The position numbers were made by a program, and so were the translations under genes. Under the pieces are notes generated by a model that was given only the letters and a program-made list of their open reading frames with translations, searched no databases and had not been told where the DNA came from. Below are positions 24,795-37,758 of a stretch of 64,000 nt of DNA, piece by piece. The DNA is from Moniliella sp. 'wahieum' (lineage: Eukaryota), in assembly GCA_003971905.1 (NCBI GenBank), contig RSEE01000102.1, positions 1 to 64,000 on the forward strand, in the 5' to 3' direction. Each line of letters begins with the position of its first letter. The stretch's first letter is position 1.

Positions 24795-25799
24795 ATGTCC
24801 ACCTCGCCGTACCTGGACGTATCGAGCGCGACGGCGCGTGCGCTGCGCGCAGCGTACGCGGAGCACGGGTACGGTTGTGCTGAGCGGAGTGCTCGATCCT
24901 GCGTCGTCAGAGTTTGCGCAGCTGCAGCGTGCGGCGAACGAGGCGGTGGAGGCGACGCGCAAGGGCGAGTGGCCTCATCGTCGAATTGTCGGTCGCCAGT
25001 TCCCGCCATTTACGTCGTCGCATCCCGACTCGTGGGGGTGCAGCATGTGATGCACCCTTCCCTGCCTGGGCACGAGGTGTTCCGTGCGTTCTATGGGCAA
25101 GACAAGTTACTTGCCATTTCAGCCGCGTTGCTTGGGGTGGACAGTGCGGCTGGTGAGGACGGGGGTGGTATGTTCAGCCCCGGCGCCAACGACGGCGATG
25201 CAAGCTGAGCTGTTCAACTTGCTTATCAATCCGATTTCGTCGGCGTTCGCCTTGAGCTGGCACCGGGACGACATTCGTCCCGACGTGACGCAGGAGGAGG
25301 AAGAAGCGATCCTCGCGTCGGACGTGGGTGGGTTCAGTGGAACGCGCCGCTGTACGAAGACGAGTGTCTGTTCCTCGTGCCTGGATCTCACAAGCGTGTA
25401 CGCACGCCAGCCGAGACAGAAGCCAATAAGGCTGTGCCTCCTCCTCCCATGCCGCTAGAACAGGCATCCGAAGCGATCTTTGATGGTGCCTGGTCCGTCG
25501 ATCCGGCAACAACGTTACGCGTGCGCCTACGTCCTGGGCAAGTGGCATTTTACTCGCAGCGGATCTTACATCGTGCATCGTATTTGCCATCCAAGACGCG
25601 CCAGACGTTGCATGGGTGCTACGGCCTCGCAGGCTCGGACCAGCGTGCGCGTAACGTGCTCCAGCATGGTCTCGAGTGGATGCGCGACCCGGCATTTGGC
25701 GCCGCACTCAACTCTAACTTGCAGCCCATGTGGTCCAACTTGGTTCAGCTGGAGAAGCGCTCCGAAGGCAAAGAGTTGGGGTACTCGTTGGATGGATGA
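24795..25799 (+). CDS. Phytanoyl-CoA dioxygenase (PhyH)-family 2OG-Fe(II) oxygenase (frameshifted)
   Basis: WPHRRIVGRQFPPF, VQHVMHP, ELFNLLINP..FALSWHRDDI (HxD), VPGSHKR, FYSQRILHRASY (distal His), TLHGCYG, RARNVLQHG. Confidence 0.85.
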
Positions 25800-25803
25800 G
25801 GAC

Positions 25804-27142
25804 CTATGGACCTATTCCCCTCCCCCCCGCCTCTCTGTCCCTTCTAGCGCAAGATCCCCCCCCCCCCAACCCAGGCGCAGCCTCACCAGGCAGGCAGAAA
25901 GAAAGAATGAATGAATGAACAGATGGATGGGATTTAGACCTGTCCAGCGACATTGACCACGGCAGGAGCCTTTCCGCAGCGTAGGCGAGAGTGTACCGGG
26001 AAGGGTGCCAGCTGAGCGTGCCTGTTCCGCCCGAAAAGGGGATATGAGCCACGGCGCCCATGGTCTGGGAGGCGACGAGGGTGATCAAGGACGTTTCACC
26101 CAGCGTGGCGATCAGTTCACCATCGTGGCTGAACGATACAGCGCGCACAGTCTCGGTGAGCGCGTCGTACGAGCCAGCACTGGTCCAGTCCGACGTGTTC
26201 CACAGAGCCAGGACGCTATCTGCGCCGCCTGAGACGGCAAAGCGGTTGGTTGGGTCAGAGGCGAGGGCGAACAAGTTAGATGTGTGACCTCGAACGAGGT
26301 GGGTGCGTGTCCAGGGCAACAAGTGGGACTCGTCGCGCTCCACTGGCGCAGGACTCGGAGCTAGCACCTCGATTGCGCCTTTATTTTTAGCGAGGAGGAA
26401 CTGCGTCCCATCGGCGGTCCAGGCAATCTCGTTGACTTCCTCTTTCGCTGACGCCTTGCGGTCTCGGACTAAGCCTAGGGTGCCAGTTCCGCGTGGATCG
26501 AGCAAGGAGACACGATCATCATGGTCGCTCACGGCGAGGCTAGAGCCCGTGGGTGGAAAGCCATGTTGAGCACAGTACTGGGCACAGATAAGGTCGACGT
26601 GGGCGTATCGCCTGTACGACGTCCCACATCCTCACCGTCCTATCCGAGCCAGCACTGGCCAAGATACGCGGATCGTTCGGTGCCCAAGCGACGAGGTTGA
26701 CCTTCATAGTGTGACCGGTGAGCACGCGTGCCGACCTCGCATCCGTACTGCGACTCGGGGCCCACAACTTGATTGCCTCGTCTCCGCACGTAGCGAGCCA
26801 AGTGGCGTCGCCGCTCCATGCGAGGCAACGGACGGCATCTTTGTGGGTACTGGAGATGGTGGTACGTTTGAGCCAGTTGGCAGGCTCGGGGAGAGAAATG
26901 TGTCGTCTCTGAAGGGCTTTCTGTGCTTCCGCCAGGGCCTTGCTCACGTCGGGCAGAGAGGTAGTGGGAGGAACAGGTGCCGAGGGCGCAGACCAGGTAC
27001 TGCTAGCGTACGCTGGGGCGTGCGCGTGAGAGTGCACGTGCGCGGGCGGGCCATGGGCGTGGACGTGGGACGGGTGGCCATGCGCATGCGAGCCGTAGGG
27101 GTACACGTTGCCCCCGAGCCCAACACCATAGGAGCCATGCAT
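25804..27142 (-). CDS. TEX1: WD40 protein, THO/TREX complex subunit THOC3/Tex1-like
   Basis: HKDAVRCLAWSGDATWLAT, LTGHTMKVNLVAWAP..LASAGSDRTVRMWDV, EEVNEIAW, GHTSNLFALASDPTNRFAVSGGADSVLALW, LSWHPSRYTLAYA; one frameshift near 26545. Confidence 0.8.
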
Positions 27143-27387
27143 CCGGCCAGGCGCTTGCCAGCGTGGGCGGAGGAGAAGGTGGTGGTGGAGGTGGAGGGGG
27201 AGGTGGAGGTGGTGGAGGTGGTGGCGATGGCCGTGAGCCCACTGGAATCGACGGTGTAGATTCTTTTCTGCTTTTCTGGCCGGCCAGGCTAGCGGACGAA
27301 ATTTCATTCCAGCTGGCTCGCCCCCCCTTCCCCCCTCCTCCATCTGCTGCTACCGCCTCGGAGCACATTAGTTTGGTGCTGCCCGGC

Positions 27388-27785
27388 ATGGCTCTTCCGC
27401 TCGCGCGCACACGAGCTGTGCGCTCCCTGTTGGTGCCGCCCGGGTCGGTGGCTGGTGCGGGGGGTTGAGCAGCAGTGCGCTGCGCTCTGCGCGGCTGGCA
27501 GCGCGCATGCCCGTGTCCGAGCCACACGCCTCGTCGGTGTGGACGCAGGCCATGGCGCCCATCACGCAGGTGGCGCTGTACAGCAGTGCGATGTTCCTGT
27601 TTCTGCATGCGGTGTGGAATGCGCTCGACCGAGACGCCGAAGACACCTTCCGTGCCGAGGAGCTGCGCGCCAAGCAGGCGTCTGTCCGCGCCGCCGTCCA
27701 GCACGCCACCGCCTACCTCGCCGAGCACGACGCGCACGACGCGCACGCACACAAGTCGTGGTTGAGGAGGATGCTGCGTCTCTGA
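27388..27785 (+). CDS. Small probable mitochondrial membrane protein (Ina17-like architecture)
   Basis: Arg/Ser-rich presequence-like N-terminus, one TM segment (PITQVALYSSAMFLFLHAVW), then a short coiled coil; frameshift at a G run near 27460. Confidence 0.4.
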
Positions 27786-28200
27786 CTGCGCTTCTGTGTG
27801 GTAGTGATGGCAGCCACTTCCTCCTTCCGTCTTCTTTCTTCCTTCCTCCTCCTGCCTTCTTCCTTCTTCCTTCTTCTTTCCTCCTGTCTTCTGCCGCCGG
27901 CATGCACATGCACCAGCTGCCGATGGGCACCGGACGTACTGCCCCGCTGCCCTGCAGTGCATTGATCGCCATCACCATCATCATCGCCATCGCCATCACC
28001 ATCGCCACCGCCATCGCCATCCTCATTGGCATTGGCTTCGTCGCCGCCGTCGTCCGTAGCACATGAGCCCCACAGGGCAGCCAGCAGTCGGACCAGGTGC
28101 GGAATTAGGCCTTAGGCCTTAGGCCTGAGGCCGGGGGGCGGAGCTTGGCGCGCGGCACACTGCCGCGCGCTTCAAAAAATGATGGGACAACAAAAAAATG

Positions 28201-28284
28201 TGCCTCTTGGCCGAATCGAACGACCGATCTTCTCATTCCAGGATAAATTACTAGTGAGATGCTTTACCACTGAGCCAAAGAGGC
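28201..28284 (-). tRNA. tRNA-Thr(AGT) with ~12-nt intron
   Basis: Reverse complement: GCCTCTT acceptor, TGGCTCAGTGGTAAAGC D arm, TCTCA-CT-AGT-A, intron, TGAGA, GGTCG-TTCGATT-CGGCC T arm, AAGAGGC-A; oligo-T Pol III terminator immediately downstream. Confidence 0.95.
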
Positions 28285-28791
28285 TTGGATGCTAGATCTC
28301 TTTTCTCGGGCTTGAGGGAAGGCTCGGACCCTAAGGCCTAAACATGTACCCACCACTCTTCCGAGGCCAACCTCCAGTTCCTCGCCTGCCTCGCCCATGC
28401 TTCCAGCCAGTCCGGATCAAAGGATACCTACAAGTCACGATCCTCCCGCGACGATTCGCACCAAAGTGCACCAGCACCATTCGTTCGAGCACAGTGCGCG
28501 CCGTCTGCTCTACATCCATAGGACCAACCCACGCCACCACACCACACCACACTCTCGCACTCAGCTACGTGTGCGCACCGAACAGGGCAACAGGAGAGCA
28601 TAAGTGCCATCAAGCACGGTTTTCGATTGCAGAGGCCAAGGCCATCTACACGCATAGAGGAGCGCATGCGCAAGCACCTGGGCCAACCCCATCCAGCGGC
28701 CGGCGAGCGGGGAGGATTGCGAGGAGGGAGAGGGGGGGGGGGTAAGCTCTGATAAGCCCTGTGCCTGTGCCACGCCTCGTCAGCAGACCAA

Positions 28792-29485
28792 TTAAACGCT
28801 CTTAAAGTTCTTGCCGACGCCCGCGGCGGCGCCCTTCATCTGGTGCTTGGGAGCTTGGGGCCAGGGGCTGTGCCAGCCTTCTTAGCCTCCTTGCGGGCCT
28901 CGGCACGGGCCTTCTTCTCCTCCTTGGACTTGGACTTGGCCGCGTCGCGAGCGGCCGAGCGAACCTCGGGTTTCTGGTTGCGCTTAGCCTGGATGTCAGC
29001 CAAGGAGAGGCCGACAACGCCGCGCTGGTGCTTGACCGTCTTGCGCGACCGTTTCTTGGCCACTTCCTCCGAAATGCCCTTCTTGTGCATCCGGCGGAAG
29101 TAGACCGTCCAAGCAATCTTGCGCGGGTTCTTGCGCTGCAGGAACAGCTGCTCCGTCTTGTGCGAGTTGAACCGGTACACCTTGCCGTCGCCCGAGCGGA
29201 CAAACAGCCGGCCTCGGCTCGGGTACACCTTGCGCAGCGAGAACGAGTCCGTCTCAACCTACGTGACGCAAATCCAGAATCCAGGAGGGGGTTAGCCTGT
29301 GTCCAGGTGGGGGCGTGACGCATCCTCTCCTCCACTCCACTCCTCTGCACTCCTCTGCACTCCTCTGCGCTCCTCTTCTTTCCCCTCGACCGGGCCCGGG
29401 GGGGCGGAGGACAAGGACGCGGAGGACACGCGCGGCACTCCGCTCAGGACAGGACGGCCGTGGCGCTGGCAATACGCACCTTCAT
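28792..29485 (-). CDS. RPL24: 60S ribosomal protein L24 (eL24); exon 1 ATGAAG, intron 29479-29259
   Basis: [32 protein letters not shown]...[45 protein letters not shown] donor, GCTAAC branch, TAG acceptor; 1-nt frameshift near the C-terminus. Confidence 0.97.
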
Positions 29486-29638
29486 CTTGCTTCTAGTTGG
29501 TCGGGTGGGGGCGGCGAGGCGGGCGGGCGGGCGGCTGGGCGCGAGAGCTCACCGAGCGCGCCGCTCGGGTCACTTCCGCAGCGCACGGCCAGCCACGCCG
29601 CAATAAATGCGCCGTCTGGCACAGGGCCGTGCAGCATA

Positions 29639-29763
29639 CTAACCCTGCTGCTGCTCTCAGCAGGGTTGGGCACAATAGGGTTAGCCCCATGCCTTGCCCA
29701 TTAACCAGTGCGCATCACATGTCACACATCACACCCCCGCTGCGGCGGCTGTCACATCACGTG
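29639..29763. promoter_or_regulatory. Divergent RPL24/BUD32 promoter with telomere-like (Tbf1-type) sites and a TCACGTG (Cbf1-type) site
   Basis: CTAACCCTG 29639-47, CAGGGTTGG 29661-69, TAGGGTTAG 29676-84, TCACGTG 29757-63. Confidence 0.45.
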
Positions 29764-29952
29764 CCCAGAATGGGCCTCCCCAGTGATTAGATGATGGATG
29801 ACATGTGAGGTGTTGCACCGATGGGGCCCTGTTGTGTGCGCCGTCAAGTTAAGTTTGGTGCTTTCCAGGTTCCCCATTGGAGGCGCGGGTGGCGCCGAAC
29901 GCACCACCACCACCACCACCACCACCACCATCGCACGTGCTGCGTATCGGCG

Positions 29953-30997
29953 ATGGAGGCGCTGCTCGGAACCAGCCAGCTGCTGCAGCAGGGCGCCGAG
30001 GGGCGCGTGTACCTCGGCACGCTGTGGGAAGCGCGGCCTGCGATCCTCAAGCACCGGTTTACCAAGACGTACCGCCACCCTGTGCTCGATGGGCGTCTGA
30101 CCGCCGCGCGCACGGCGGCCGAAGCACGTGCGCTCCAGCGCGCTGCCAAAGCCGCCATCCCCGTCCCGGCCGTGTACGCTGTAGATCCAGCCAGTGGCAT
30201 CTTAGCCCTCGAGCCGGTGCGGGGCCCAACGGTGCGCGCGGCGCTCGGCGCTCCCCATGAGGCCGAGCGCGGCGGTAGCTTGGTCCCGCCTGCGCAGGCG
30301 GACCAACACCACCACCAACACCAAACCCAACTTCAACACCAAGAGGAGGAAGCAGAAGCAGAGCAAGAGGAAGAAGAGGAGGTGGTTGTACCTCTGCCTG
30401 CTGGGGAGCAAGAAGAGCTGATGCGACAAGTGGGTGCGACGGTGGCGCAGCTGCATGCGGCCAACTTGGTTCATGGGGATTTGACCACGTCCAACTTACT
30501 TGTGCGTCGGCGCCAGGGCGCATTGCAAGTGGTAGTGATTGATTTTGGGTTGGCGGGGCAATCGACGTTGGCGGAGGACAAGGCGGTGGACCTATATGTG
30601 CTAGAGCGGGCATTTAGTTCGACGCACCCCTATGCGCCGCACTTGTTTGACCTGCTGATGCAGAGTTACTTTGGTTCACTCGAGGCGCTGCTCCAGCCGC
30701 GCGGGAAGGGCAAGAACGGCAAGAACGGAACGAACGATAAGGACAAGAACGGCAAGAATGACAAGAACGGTAAGACCCCCCGCCCCAGAAGGGGGACAAG
30801 GTACGCGCCGTGGAGGAGATCCGAAACAAGTTGCATGACGGTACGTTGATTTCTGAGCGCGCCTTGGCTGCCAAAAAAAGCCCAAAAAGCCAAAAGCCAA
30901 CTGCACACAATGACGACTGACGACTGACGACTGACGACTGACTGACAAACTGGTCCTAGTGCGCCTGCGTGGTCGCAAACGCGACATGACGGGATAG
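29953..30997 (+). CDS. BUD32: EKC/KEOPS complex kinase Bud32/PRPK; intron 30841-30959
   Basis: LLQQGAEGRVY, LKHRFTKTYRHPVLD, VHGDLTTSN, IDFGL, EDKAVDLYVLERAFSSTHP; last exon VRLRGRKRDMTG*. Confidence 0.95.
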
Positions 30998-32284
30998 GCA
31001 ACCTGTTGTACGCAAGGGCCAACCCAGAAGGAAGATAGAGGGAACCAGAGCAATGAGGGAATACAGGAGCCACTGAATGTTACACTGCCCAGCCCAAGAA
31101 GTAGGTGCCAAAAGCAGGGGCGCGGGGGGCGGGGGGGGTGTCGTATCCGCCTTTACACGCTGCTTCGTGCGGTTCTACCCTGCTGACAATGAGGTGCAAC
31201 GTAGAGTCCCGCTGGGCCCACGCGTCAACAGGGATCCATCCGAGTCGAGGTGGGAATTGCGAGGGGTGTCACATGTCACATGTCATGAGCGTCGAGCGGC
31301 GACTGACAAGGTAGACAACTGACAAGGGAATGTAGTATAGTAGGTGAGTACTGAGCTCAGTTCCGACCGCGTGGCCATGCAGTGAGATCAGGTCCGGGCC
31401 TGAACAGCAGTGCCGTGACCGGTACCCGTGCCCCCGTCCCGGTTTGGTCTGTTGAACGTCGGAGCTTGGGACGCTTTTGCTCGCACGACAGGTACGGCTC
31501 TGGAGAGAGTATAGGTGAGTAGGTTTTCGGGGCGGGACAGCAGACCTGCAGACCATGGCATGTGACACAGGAGTGCGTGGGCTGGCACCGAGGTGCACAG
31601 GGCGCAGATCCCTGCCTGGCCGGAGCCAAGTCAAAGGGGATCAAGAACGGGTGCAGAAAACTGAAGAAAAATGACGGTCAGGCTGGTAGCCAGGTAGTAG
31701 GACCAAGATCCTACCGTCCTCCGCTGTACCCCTTCGTCCTGATTCTACCCCGCGGTTCCTCGGAGACGGTCGTCGGGAAGTACGAAGTATGCACTCGGTC
31801 CTGTCTGTGCTGGGGGGGGGGGGGGGGGCATAATCCATTCCCCGCACCTTGGAACAGTGTGAGGGATCTCGCTTGGATAGGTGAATGTTGAACGCTAGGG
31901 GCCGAGAGAGCGGTGTTGGATTAGTGTGACATATGATGGACTTGTGGGTTGGGAAGCTGAGCCTGGGCGCTGAGCAAAGCAAGAACAAGAAACACAAGCT
32001 ATAATAGCTTACAACTTGTGCCCGAGTCCCGTACTGTCGACTACCAACCAAGCAATGTACTACCGTACTACTACCCATTGTTGCGAGTGGAACGTGGAAC
32101 GTGGAACGTCGTCGCTTCTCAGAGGCAGGGGGTGCAGGGGGCGTAGGCAAGAGATCGGATTAAGACGTAAGAGCGTGACGACAATACAGGATGCGTGCAG
32201 TATGTGGGCGTGCCAAAAGGGCCAATGGCTAAGGGACAACGAGCAAGGGGGAAAAGACTTGGTGACTCGCGACCGAGATGACTA

Positions 32285-33174
32285 TTACAACCGCGGAGCG
32301 TCCGACGTGCATGCCGACGAAGGCAGGTGGGGGAAAAACGTGAGCAAGCGGTGGAGGGCAAGAGGAAAGTCCGAAGCGAGGAGGGTGTGGAATCCCATCT
32401 CGCGCAGGGGGGGTACGTGTGCGCCAGTAGCAGTGAGAAGGATAGTTTCAGAAGGCGCGATGGCGTGCAAGGCCAAGGAGCGACGGAGGAGCGTACGAAA
32501 CTGGGCCGAGGGCGCGCGCGCACCCACTTGGTGACTGAGAAGTAGCATGTCCACTTGCTTGTGCAGCAGTGGCGCCAGGCCTCGGCCTGCGTCGGCGTCT
32601 GCGGCTGCGTCTGCCGACGACCAATTGGAAGGCGGTAGGGGCAACGTGTTGCCCACCACGCCTACGAGCACGCCTGCCTTGCGCAAGCGGCGGACGGTAC
32701 GCAGGGCAAACGGCTGGCAGTGTTGTTGGGCACGGAGGAGGACGCGCAGCACGCGTTCAGGGTCAATCCGGTCCGGAGTCCAGGTGGCCGGAGGGGCTGC
32801 GGGAGTGGACCCGTGCAGCTGGTGGCAAGGAGGTGTGGTAGGTGCGTCGGACGAGGGTGTGGTTGTTCAACTCGTACTCGAGCAGCGGTAGGGCCAGGAC
32901 GTATGTCAGTTGGCCGCGCTCGAGCTGGGCCAGGACGCTGGTGTGCCCGTGGGAGGCGAGCGCGGCGTGGAGCCAGGCGGGCGGCAAGCTAAGTTCGCGC
33001 TCTAGCTCGGCGAGCTCGGCGGGGGGCTGCCGACGAGGCAGGACACGTCGAGCAGCACGGCGTGGGGCATGCTGCGTGCGGGTGGAGCGTCACTCGTAGT
33101 AGGTACACCCAGACCCAGACCAATGGGGGGCGGGTGGGAAAACGCAAGGGAAGTGCGGATGGTGGATCATCCAA
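32285..33174 (-). CDS. HAD-like protein (sEH N-terminal/ACAD10-type), catalytic motifs degenerate
   Basis: AQLERGQL, RRLRKAGVLVGVVGNT, VDMLLLSHQVGARAPS, IAPSETILL..GAHVPPLREMGFHT follow the HAD fold pattern. Confidence 0.6.
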
Positions 33175-35393
33175 TCATCCGGCTGGTCCTTCATTCATTC
33201 CCTCGTCTGCGTTGTTCCCCGGCACGTGCGTCGGGGTGCTGCGTGTGCTGAGTTTACTCAGTCGACGCGTGGGAGAAGACAAGTGGGTGGGTGGGAGAAT
33301 GAATATACGCGTCTGATCGATGGAACCCCAACGCCCAACGCCCACCGAGCCCCTATCTTTGGGCGCAGCACAGGGGCACACTGCGGGGCCCTCGCCATGG
33401 TCCAACGTCCACTAGCTCCACTGCGCACCAGCCACCTGGCAGCAGTGCTGCTTCCCCCCGCTTTGCCCCCTGTCGACGCGACAAGCCACGTGTTTCGTGT
33501 TTCGTGTTTCGTTGCTTTCTCCCCTCCGATCGACAATTGAGCACGCTTGCAACTTTCACCGCTCACCTCCCACTTGCCGTCAATATTCAATGGCCACCTC
33601 CATCTAGCCCCCCAGCAGCCGCTTCCGCGAGATGCACCACCAGCACCTTGTTCACCGAAAGCTTGGCGGCTGGCCTGTCCTGCCATCGCCTTGACGACCC
33701 GAAGGAAACGACCCAAAGTGTGGTGTGGGAGTACTAACCCCTGCTGCTGATGGAGAGACACTGGTCGTACGTGCCCAGTCGCATCATAGTACACCGACTG
33801 TGCCGACCGCAGGCAACTTCTAACCCTTAGTTTGCTTTTCTCTTTTCCATCTTCACATTCGCTCTACTTTTCATGCTCCCCATAATGAGGATGCGGAAGT
33901 ACGTTGGCAGGCACAAGGCACGTTTGGGAGCAGGGGGCAGTCCCACGGTGTACGATTCAGATGGTGGATTCCCTCTTCAGTGGGGAGGGGAAACGGAAAG
34001 GAGAAGAGCTCGCATGTGCATATAAACCTGCGATCAAAGGGTTACATGTAGGCCTCGAGTCGAGATGATCGATGAATGAGCCTGTCAGCGTGGGCACATA
34101 AGTCAGACCACATGGCTACATGATCAGCTCACGTACCTACTCTCTTTCTCTCCCCTGCTATATCTACCAATCTGCTTCAGACTCATGAATGAACTGCACC
34201 ACCATCTCCTTTCTCTTCGCCTTAGCAGAGCCCGCTGAGCGATTGCAACGTTTATTGGTTTAGCGCCTGGCCTGAGCGGCCAGCGCGGCGGCTCCGTGGA
34301 ATCGATGACGGCCAGCACCCGGACTTGCGAATGTCAGTGTCAGCGCGACAGGCACCGAAAACACGATGTGCATGACAAAACACAGAGCGGGCGCAGAGAA
34401 GGTTGATGGGTACCGGTTACTCCAGTTATACTAGTAGTAGGTTGCTCTTTCTCTCCAACTACTACTAGTCGTCTGAAGGGATGGACTGGATGGGCTCTCC
34501 TGACTCATGCTGACGTACGTTGTGGCGCTCTGGCTGACGCAGGAGGAACGACGATGTGGGCGTAGGAGAAGAGAGAGGCCACACACGCCCAATGGGGTAG
34601 TGGGATGAGATCGATGAGATCGTACGACCTATATATATGACTCAGGCTAGTGAAAAAACCGGGGGGGGGGGTGGGTGATGATCGATGAGAGAGCTCCACC
34701 TGCTCCACCCAGCATCTTTTCTAGAGAGCTTCGGCCTTGCTGGATTGTAAGTTTTGCATGTCTGATCAGGAACGTATTGCAGGCAGGAGGGAGGAGGAGG
34801 GAGGAAGGAAAGCCGCAATGAAACCAAGTAAGCATGTGAGGCTTGAAGCTTGAAGCTGAAGCTTGAAGCTAAAAGCTTCATTGCGAGCTGCCCTGGATAC
34901 TCGATCACAGAGGTTGGGCCTGGCGGCCGAGGTCTTCAAACGAGACACCGTCCCTCCAAGCAGCTGTAAGCCTCAGCGGCTCACTTGTCGCACTGATTAA
35001 TGACATGTCACATCCGGGCGAGAGGGGGCAGTCTCAGGAGTCCTATAGGGGGCGCACACTGGGGATCCGCGGGGCTGTGAGCCAAGCCACAAAAACCAAG
35101 ATATACCCTTAAAGCCCCTGAACCCGAAACGGGTGTAATTATAGTGGTGTGCAACCCTTTTCCCACTCCCAGCAACTTCTCTTCGACATCCCACCACCAC
35201 CTTTCTCTCTCGCGCACATCTGCAGCCACGCCTTCTTGACGCCTTGAACGACCCGCACGACCATGACCCCTCAACGGACTTTCCTTGACCCTGCCTCCCT
35301 CTCTCTTGATGCGCCACTAGGAGACAATGTACGTTTTCTTGTGTTTTCGCATATGGAGATCTCATCCCGTCCGTTGACTTGACAAACGCGGGC

Positions 35394-36439
35394 ATGTACA
35401 CTAACGCTCCTAAACGGCAGGTTTGGCTACTAGACATGATTCCTCCGTCTGCGATGGAGAACAACCCTTCGCTCACGTCCGCCCACGGGAGCGATTCCTC
35501 CTTCAGCCCTGGATCAGAGTTGCTCAGCACGAGTACCTGCGCTTCGACCTCGATCAACAGCCCGCTCAACTTGTCCCCCCCAACGCCCTTGTATCCCGAG
35601 AGGCCACCGTTGTTCGGCATGCAGCAGAATGAAACGGTTGAACCGTCGGTACTGGCAGAAGGAACCGAGTGGATGGCAAGTCCGCTATACGACCCTCTTT
35701 CTCTTTCTCTCGCTTCTGGCTCTCTTTTCTCCCGAGACACTTTGACCGCTACGGTGGGCCAGTTGGGCCCACACTCCCACTCCCTCTCATCGGTCCCCAT
35801 AGTCTCCTCCTCCTCTTCCTCCCTTCCCCTTCCCCCTCCTCTTCATCTTCCCATTTCCCCTCGCTAGCCGACGAAACCGAGACGCTGCTCGCTTCCTGGG
35901 GTATGACCCAACCACAGCCCATTCGTCCGCCGCCACATTCTGTCCGTTCCCCAACTGCGCCAAAGTGTTCCCCAAGAACCGCTCGTACAACCTCAAAGCC
36001 CACTTCCGCAGCCACATTAATCTCAAACCTTTCGTTTGTCCACGGTGCAACCGTACTTTTTCCCGCAAACACGACTTGCAACGCCATGCGCGCAGTCACG
36101 TACGCCCCCCCCCCTCCCCTATTCATTCAATCCAATCCACGCCCCTTGTTCGTTGCGTGGTTGCTTCCCTGGTTGCTTGCTTGCTTGTCATGGCATGTGT
36201 GGGACACCCACACGCGACGGACTGCTGATGCGACCACCTTTGAACTGCAGACGGGCGACAAACCGTACGTGTGCCAAGCCTGTGGCAAAGCCTTCCCTCG
36301 ATCCGACGCTTTACGACGCCATTGGAAATCGGATCCTACCTGTCGCGACAAGCTGCCGGACCTGAGCAGCTTGTCGGCCACCCGTGCTGGTCGAGGAAAG
36401 GGAAGCCGTCCAAGAGGGAAAACAAAGCGGCGGTGGTAG
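35394..36439 (+). CDS. C2H2 zinc-finger transcription factor (3 fingers; intron ~36100-36250)
   Basis: CPNCAK..RSYNLKAHFRSH, KPFVCPRCNRTFSRKHDLQRHARSH|TGDKPYVCQACGKAFPRSDALRRHW. Confidence 0.88.
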
Positions 36440-37758
36440 TGCTTGGCCTGGACGGTGCCACGCCCGATCCGTCAGGTTCTGGCTCGGGAAACGGACCTGC
36501 GCTACGTACGAGTGGATCTCCCTGTTAGTACAGTAGGAGGATCCGTATGGCTGCATCGGAACTGGACCACCTTTTTCCCTTTACGCCCCTTCTTTTTTTC
36601 TTTTTCTTTTCTTTTACCCGGCTGCTATGGATTTGCGGGCCGGACCGCCACCGATCAAGTGTAGGCCTACATTCACTGGCCCTACCTCGTATCTACCTCT
36701 CGCCTCTTTCTTCCATCCCACATCAACCCACATATCTTCCCTTTTCAACCCCCTGCCTTGCTCTATTACCGTTTCCTATTCATCTGAAAGACTGACGCCA
36801 ACACGAACGCATTCTCCTCTCGCTTCCATATCCGCCCTTCAATTCCTACATCACTGTGCCATGTCTCCTCTCATTTGTCCCATACAACTTGAGTCTTTTT
36901 CATCAACCGCGGCGACTATACCCCCCGCGCTTCATTTTCACTCCCGCTTCATTTTCAAGCTTCACGATCCGATACTGATGTCGCCTGGACGTTGGTCAAT
37001 GCTCATCCGACGTTCAACGTTCATCCGTTCCACGTTCATCCGTTCACCGTTGCCATACGCGATCCTGCGTTCACGTGCCCCCGTACCCCCCCCTCCCCCC
37101 CTCACCACTTACCTCCTCATGGGTAGCTTGGCGGCGCAGTCCCTCCCTTTGGGGCGAGGGCCGCTGTCCACACCACAATTGAGACCGTATACACCGGCTT
37201 GACGTACGGCTTACCCTCCTTCTTCGTTCTTGTGTGTAAGTGTGTGTGTGAGGGTGGAGGGAGAACCGTCTCTAAGATATATAGTTGGTCGTGAGAGCGA
37301 GCACAGGCATTGTGCCTGCCTGTTACTTGTTGACGGTCGTGATGTGTATTATCTCTCGTCCAGTCTTCAACAAACGTTTTTTCGTATCCCCGGCTGGCCC
37401 TGGTGGGTACTAAGACGCTGGCCATCATCCAGGGTCCACAGGTGAGGTAGCCTTTGCTGCCCGTGGGGTTGGTCTCTCTCCCGCCATGCTGCCCCCCAAC
37501 CCCCCTCGTATCTTTCTTCGCTCCTTTCTTCCCTGTCCTCTTGCGCCCTTCTGCTTTAAGTCGTTAACGGATTGGGCCTACCATCACATGGTCTTGCACT
37601 CCACTTTACTCTATAGCCCATGCCCGCGTACAATGCCATCTATCCACATTTTTCGCATTCAGCCCGCTCTCTCGTCCGCATCGCAGATCTACGGCAGATC
37701 GGAAGATTGGTAGATCAGGTGGCCTCGTCGCCTCGCCGCCTCACTCCCTCACCTTTCC

